DNA of 64,000 nucleotides, from positions 1 to 64,000 of the forward strand of contig JAPMXV010000072.1 of the NCBI GenBank assembly GCA_026936335.1. The letters run 5' to 3'. The notes beneath the pieces are model-generated. The model was not told where the DNA came from. It saw nothing but the letters and a program-made list of their open reading frames with translations, and made no database searches. Below, in pieces: positions 59,301 to 64,000 of this stretch. Both the position numbers and the translations under genes were made by a program. This stretch comes from Mantamonas sphyraenae STR306. Its lineage: Eukaryota; Protista; CRuMs. Positions within the stretch are counted from its first letter, which is position 1; each line of letters begins with the position of its first letter.

Positions 59301-62300
59301 AGCCATCAACGCATCCAACAGCAACGCAGCACTCAGTGGCACCACACAGCGTGCCCTGAATGAGAGCCAGGTTGAATTTGGTGACCTGGTGCTGCCCAAT
59401 CCGCGTGCAGGGGTGTACGAAATCAGCTTTGCAAGCGGCACCCTGACCGCAGCTGTGTTGCAGATCCGGGTCGTGCCGGGCCCTGCCTCTCAGTTGCAAC
59501 TGTACAACACCAGCCACCTGCAGCCCGTGCGTGTATCGGCATCCACTCGTCTGCCCGAATTTTACGTTCACGCACTCGATGCAGGCGGCAACTTTGAGTG
59601 CCTGGGCAATTGCGAGACAGACCGCTCCGTGTTTGTGACAGTGTTGCCCCTGGCACAACCATCTGCGCCTGTGCCCACGCTGGCTGGTTCCGTGCAGGGC
59701 GTGATGCACCTGCGCCGCACCGAGTTTGATGGGTTGCAACTTGTGCGACCCACAGCAGCCACACACACGCTGCACTTTTCCTGTGTGCCTGCGCTCACGC
59801 CAACCACGTATGCCATGTCCGTTGTGGTGGGTGTGACCACACAGCTGAAGCCACGGGACAGTTTCCCCAACCTCGACCTTGTGGCAGCACCGTCGATTGG
59901 TCTGCCAGATCTTGAATTCTGGGCCCTGGATGCAGGAAGCAACCGAGTGACGGACGCCTCCTTGTACATGTTTGCGTGGACTATGCTGCAGGGCGATCTT
60001 GTGGCAGGAGAGCGCAACGTGAGTGTGCAGGCATCTGCCATGCGCTTCACAGGCCTTCGTGTCAGTGGCAAGGCAGGCGTGCGTGAGTATGTGGTCGAAG
60101 CAGGTGGTGCCAGCAACGCGGTGCAGCCTGCACGCTTCAGTGTGCATGTGCGTGCCGGGGCGGCGGTGGCCATGGAGGTCACACGCAACATGTCGCTGGT
60201 GTCGGACAACCAGAACCCGTTGGCGCAGCAGCCTGTGTTGATTGTGGTCGACCAGGTGGGAAACTTGGTCAACGCCTCCAATGGTGTCGAGGTCAGCGTG
60301 CAGGTGGTGCCTGTGGACAGCGGCAGCGCGGTACCGGTCCTTTCGGGCGACACGAGCACCTCCTCTGCAGGCGTCATTTCCTTTGCTGCCTTTCAGGTGG
60401 TGGGTACGCGAGGAGGCACATATCGTGTGCGCTTCTCTGCGCCGAATCTGGCCACGCTGGACTATGCAGGCGTCCTGCAGATTGTGTCGTGCCCAGACAA
60501 CGAAGCCGCCGATGCCACCAGTGGCACCACTTGCTTGTGTCTGGCCGGCTACACACGCAACACTGGATCCGGGGCATGCGAGCCGTGTCCACGCAACACG
60601 TACAAGGAGGCACTTGGCGACACAGCGTGCCAAGGCTGCCCGGCAAACACGGGCACCCAGCAGATTGCGTCGTCCAGTGTCGACAACTGTGCCTGCGTGC
60701 AAGGGTTCTTTGCCTCTCCCAATGACAGGTTTGTGTGTCGCACCTGCATCAGCGGTGCCACCTGTGAGGGGGGCAGCAGCATCGTCGCGCAGCCAGGTCA
60801 TTGGAGTGCAGGTGGCAACACGTTGACGTTCTACACGTGTCCAAACAAGGAAGCCTGCGTGGCGGCAACTCGTCCGCCTGCGCCACGGGGTACCGTGGAC
60901 CCCTGTGTGCCGTGTGTGACAAGGGCTACGGCAAGTTTGGGGTGCGTTGCGAACCGTGCGGCGAACCGGGCGTCAACTGGTTTGTGCTGATTCTGTCTGT
61001 GGTTGTCCTGCTGCTGGTGCTGGCCACCCTGGCACGTCGCTCTCGCCATCGCAAGCGCTCGCAGAACGCCACCATCAAGCGCATCTTCCTCAACTACCTC
61101 CAGGTGATTGCCTTTGTGGGCGACTTTGCAGTGCGCTGGAGCTCGCTCATCCAGGAGTTTTTCAACTTCATCGGCATCACCAGCGTCGAGATTGCGTCGT
61201 ACCCGCTGCAGTGCAGCCTGGAGCCGACGTACTATCAGAATCTGGCACTCTATCTCTACATCCCGGTGGTTGCAGTTGGGGTACCTCTGGTGCTCTTCTA
61301 CACCGCCAAGCTGGTGCAGGAGTTGCGTGGCCAGACGCTGCGCCCTGGCATGGGCACGCTGGCCATCCGACTGACGCTGGTCACATTGTTCCTGTTCCAT
61401 CCGGCCATCAGCAAAAAGGTGTTTTCCGTGTTCAACTGCAGGGACTTTGGCAATGGCCAAGTGTTCCTCGTCAGCGACTACCGCGTGTCGTGCAACACGG
61501 ACGAGTACCGACGCTGGGCAGGCGGCATGGTCTTCTTTGCCATCATGTACTGCTTTGGCTTGCCTTTGTTGACGCTCGTGTACCTGACGAGGCAGTTCCG
61601 TGCGGACAAGCTGTGGCTGCAAAGCACCCAGCGACGTGTGCACTTTCTGACCGACGGCCTGCGCCCGTCCCGCTTCTACTGGGAGGTGCTCATTATGCTT
61701 CGCAAGCTGATCATCGTCGTGGTCATTGTGGTGTACAAGGAGCAGGCGCTGACGCAGCTGTATCTCGGTGCGTGGGTGCTGCTTGCATCGCTCGTCTTTC
61801 ACCTGATTGCGGATCCGTTTGAAGACGCCCTGGCTAGCCGATGTGAGCTGGGCGCCCTGGTGGCCACTTGTGTCACTCTGCTGTCGGGCATGCTCTACTT
61901 TTCAGACATTGCCGAGGCGGATCTCTACGCGCTGAGCGCCTTTCTGATCACCTTCAATGCCCTCGTCGTAGGCGTGTTTCTGTATTTGATCTTCAAGTTC
62001 TTCCTGCAGAAGCGCAAGGTGCAGATCCTGGCACATTGGGGACCGGAGGGCAAGAACCCCAAGGCGTGGGTGCAACAGACGATGGACTTTTGGTCAGACC
62101 TGCAAGGCTCAGCGGTGTTTGCGTATGTGCGTCTGCTGAACCCTGCGTTCAAGTCATCGCCAGCGAGGTACACAGAGGAGGAGATTCGAGAGCTGCGCGA
62201 CCAGTGGGACATCCTGGAGAACAAGCAGCAGCAGCAGGCACCGTCGGCAAGCGGCTCGTTGGACGTGATGGGCAGCTACAAGACGCGGGATGACCTCGCA

Positions 62301-62501
62301 CGAGAGCGCAAGCAGGAGGAAGACAAGGAACGGCTGGAGCTGGCCATCATGGAAAAGAAGATGGAGGAGGAGGAAGAACGGGAGAGGCGAGAGAAGATGG
62401 AGCGGGCAAGCAGCGTCCTGCGAGCCAAGAGTGTCAAGGCCCAGCGCAACCGCGGTGTACGTGCGAGTGTGGACTCTGTGGGCAGCAACAGCAGTGCGTG
62501 A
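53311..62501 (+). CDS. Giant surface/receptor-like protein: signal peptide, beta-helix (pectin lyase-like), filamin-like, IPT/TIG, Ig-like repeats, Cys-rich repeats, multi-TM C-terminus (apparent frameshift near 60861)
   Basis: Small 5' exons spell MAVLVLLLL..INHYVSTQTGTDGPTCGAVTSPCKTIVSAINNAESGDSILLYTG. Also HIAGSPFTV, SIQPALGPHTGGTRVTITGTG, recurrent DAGGN-type turns, CEPCPRNTYK, CATGYRGPLCAVC and TM block YWEVLIMLRKL. Start is 53311 or 53347. Confidence 0.8.
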
Positions 62502-62559
62502 GGGGGTGCAACCCGCAGAACGATGAAGAATGAAAAGGCTTTTTTGCAGAATTGGCCGT

Positions 62560-64000
62560 TCAGATCAGAGTGATCGGCTCCACAGCAGGTCTGCGAGTGC
62601 CTGTACTCTCTCCGTCTGGCTGGCTATTGCCCTGTTGCGTCTCCCCTGCGCTGCCATCCGAGATCTTGACTTCAATGCCTTCTGTGTCTGCTGTGCCTTC
62701 GTCCGCGAGCGAAGGGTGTCGGCGTGCGTGCGCACGACGGCCATTCTCCATGGCCTCCACCTCCAATTCATCGCGGTCGTCGTCGTCGTCGTCATCATCA
62801 TCATCATCTTCACCGTCATCCAGCTCTTCGTCGTGATGGTAATCCTCGCGATTCCCCAGGCCATCCTGCGCTTGCGAGCCCCTGAGGTGGCTGTTGCGGC
62901 TCCATTCGTATGATGAAGTGACACCAGAGTCTGCATATTCGTCATCCTCGGCGTATTCAGCCGAACTGGAGTGTGATGGGATGCGGTTCGCGTGTGCGTG
63001 CGCCGCCAGAGCTTCAGCCACCTGCTGCGCTAGCCTGGGGTCGTTTTCATCCACCGGTTTGTACAAGTCGACCATAAATTGGCATGGGTAAGTCTCTGGA
63101 TACACGATTTCGTAGTGGCGTGGGCTGCCGATGCACAAGGGGAAGGCGTCGGGGCGGCCCAGGCGCTGAAGGCGGACATAGTCGTCTGTGATCTCCAGCA
63201 CCAGCCAACGCTTCTTGGCTTCCCTTTGTGTGGCCTGGATGAAGCCGAATTGGGTGACACAGACACTACAGCCTGTGAGGAGAGGCACGTGGACGAATCG
63301 GCGGTACTTTTGCACCACGTCGCCCTCGACGAGATGTGTGCGCGAGTCGTTGTGTGTCTGCTGAACTCCCTGTTGGTGCGCCTGTTTCAGGGCGAACCAC
63401 GTGCGCACGTTGGAGTGCACGGACGCGGCCAGCCAAGCCGGGAAAACGGTGGCGATGATGCCAAACCCGGCACTCGGCCGATCATGGAAAATGCGCAGGG
63501 AGACAATGCCGAAGAGGCAAACGGCTGTGTGGGCGGGCGAAGTTGACACACGGTCGCCGTGCATGTGGCGGGTTCGGGTGCGTGTGGCGTGTGGCGTGAG
63601 CAAGGGGCGTTTCCGTTTGTGCGGTGCAACGAAAGCGATTTCCGTGAGTCCAAACCCGTTCCTTACGGAGCATCGACACAAACAGACACTTTGTGCTGGG
63701 ACACTCTGCTATGCAAATGCGGCGTTTTAGGTTGTAGGGCACATTGCAAGGGCACAGGACACTCACCTCCGCAGCCAAAGGTGGCGAAAAACCCGGCGGC
63801 GAGGCCACAGCGATTGCGCTCAGTCTCCTCGTAGCTCTGGCCAAAAGAAAGCGTAATGTAACAAAATAATGAAGAAATGCAGATGGAGAGGATGGTGGCG
63901 ACGGCGCTGTCGGGTCCCAAGTTGGCAATGACCAGGCAGCAACCGATGTTCACAGCCAAGCCGACAGCAACGACCAGTGCCTGAGCAGCTTTGACCCAGG
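62560..64000 (-). CDS. Hypothetical membrane protein, 5'-truncated by the window edge
   Basis: The hydrophobic frame of ORF 63663-63959 splices through intron 63525-63766 into ORF 62560-63681, which has an acidic C-terminus. Confidence 0.65.

Noticed and set aside
1-64000. Alternative genetic code or stop-codon reassignment
   Set aside because: TGA, TAG and TAA all terminate conserved genes at expected positions. Breaks in conserved genes are explained by introns or single indels, and the tRNA anticodons are ordinary Glu TTC/CTC.

Overview
Left end of a chromosome from a GC-rich, very gene-dense unicellular eukaryote. The taxon cannot be determined from the sequence alone. The window opens with about 175 bp of (TAACCC)n telomere, and the first gene starts only about 370 bp inward. 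I can build 27 protein-coding gene models by hand, with short GT-AG introns, one apparent GC-AG intron and the standard genetic code. They include SEH1, UBE2C, STX16, TMEM164, a PX-domain NDR/Dbf2-type kinase, a DYRK-related kinase, a GDP-mannose transporter, a USP47-like protein, SMC5, a degenerate kinesin with EF-hands, ENY2/SUS1, OTUD6-like, TMEM41-like, AMFR/gp78, a RING-SNF2 helicase and a roughly 2,900-aa surface receptor-like protein. There are also four tRNA-Glu genes. The most notable signals are: (1) G/C strand-skew domains that ignore gene direction and flip near tRNA genes; (2) a positionally fixed upstream element TGRTCGCAA shared by all four tRNA genes; (3) an AATG[A/T/C]A motif at or just after the stop codon of 17 of 27 genes, a candidate non-canonical poly(A) signal; (4) two candidate members of the insect odorant/gustatory-receptor (7TMIC) superfamily; (5) a telomere-adjacent orphan protein with a duplicated unknown domain. 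Four single-base frameshifts in otherwise intact genes are most likely long-read errors. All family assignments come from motif recognition, not database searches, and splice coordinates were read by hand.
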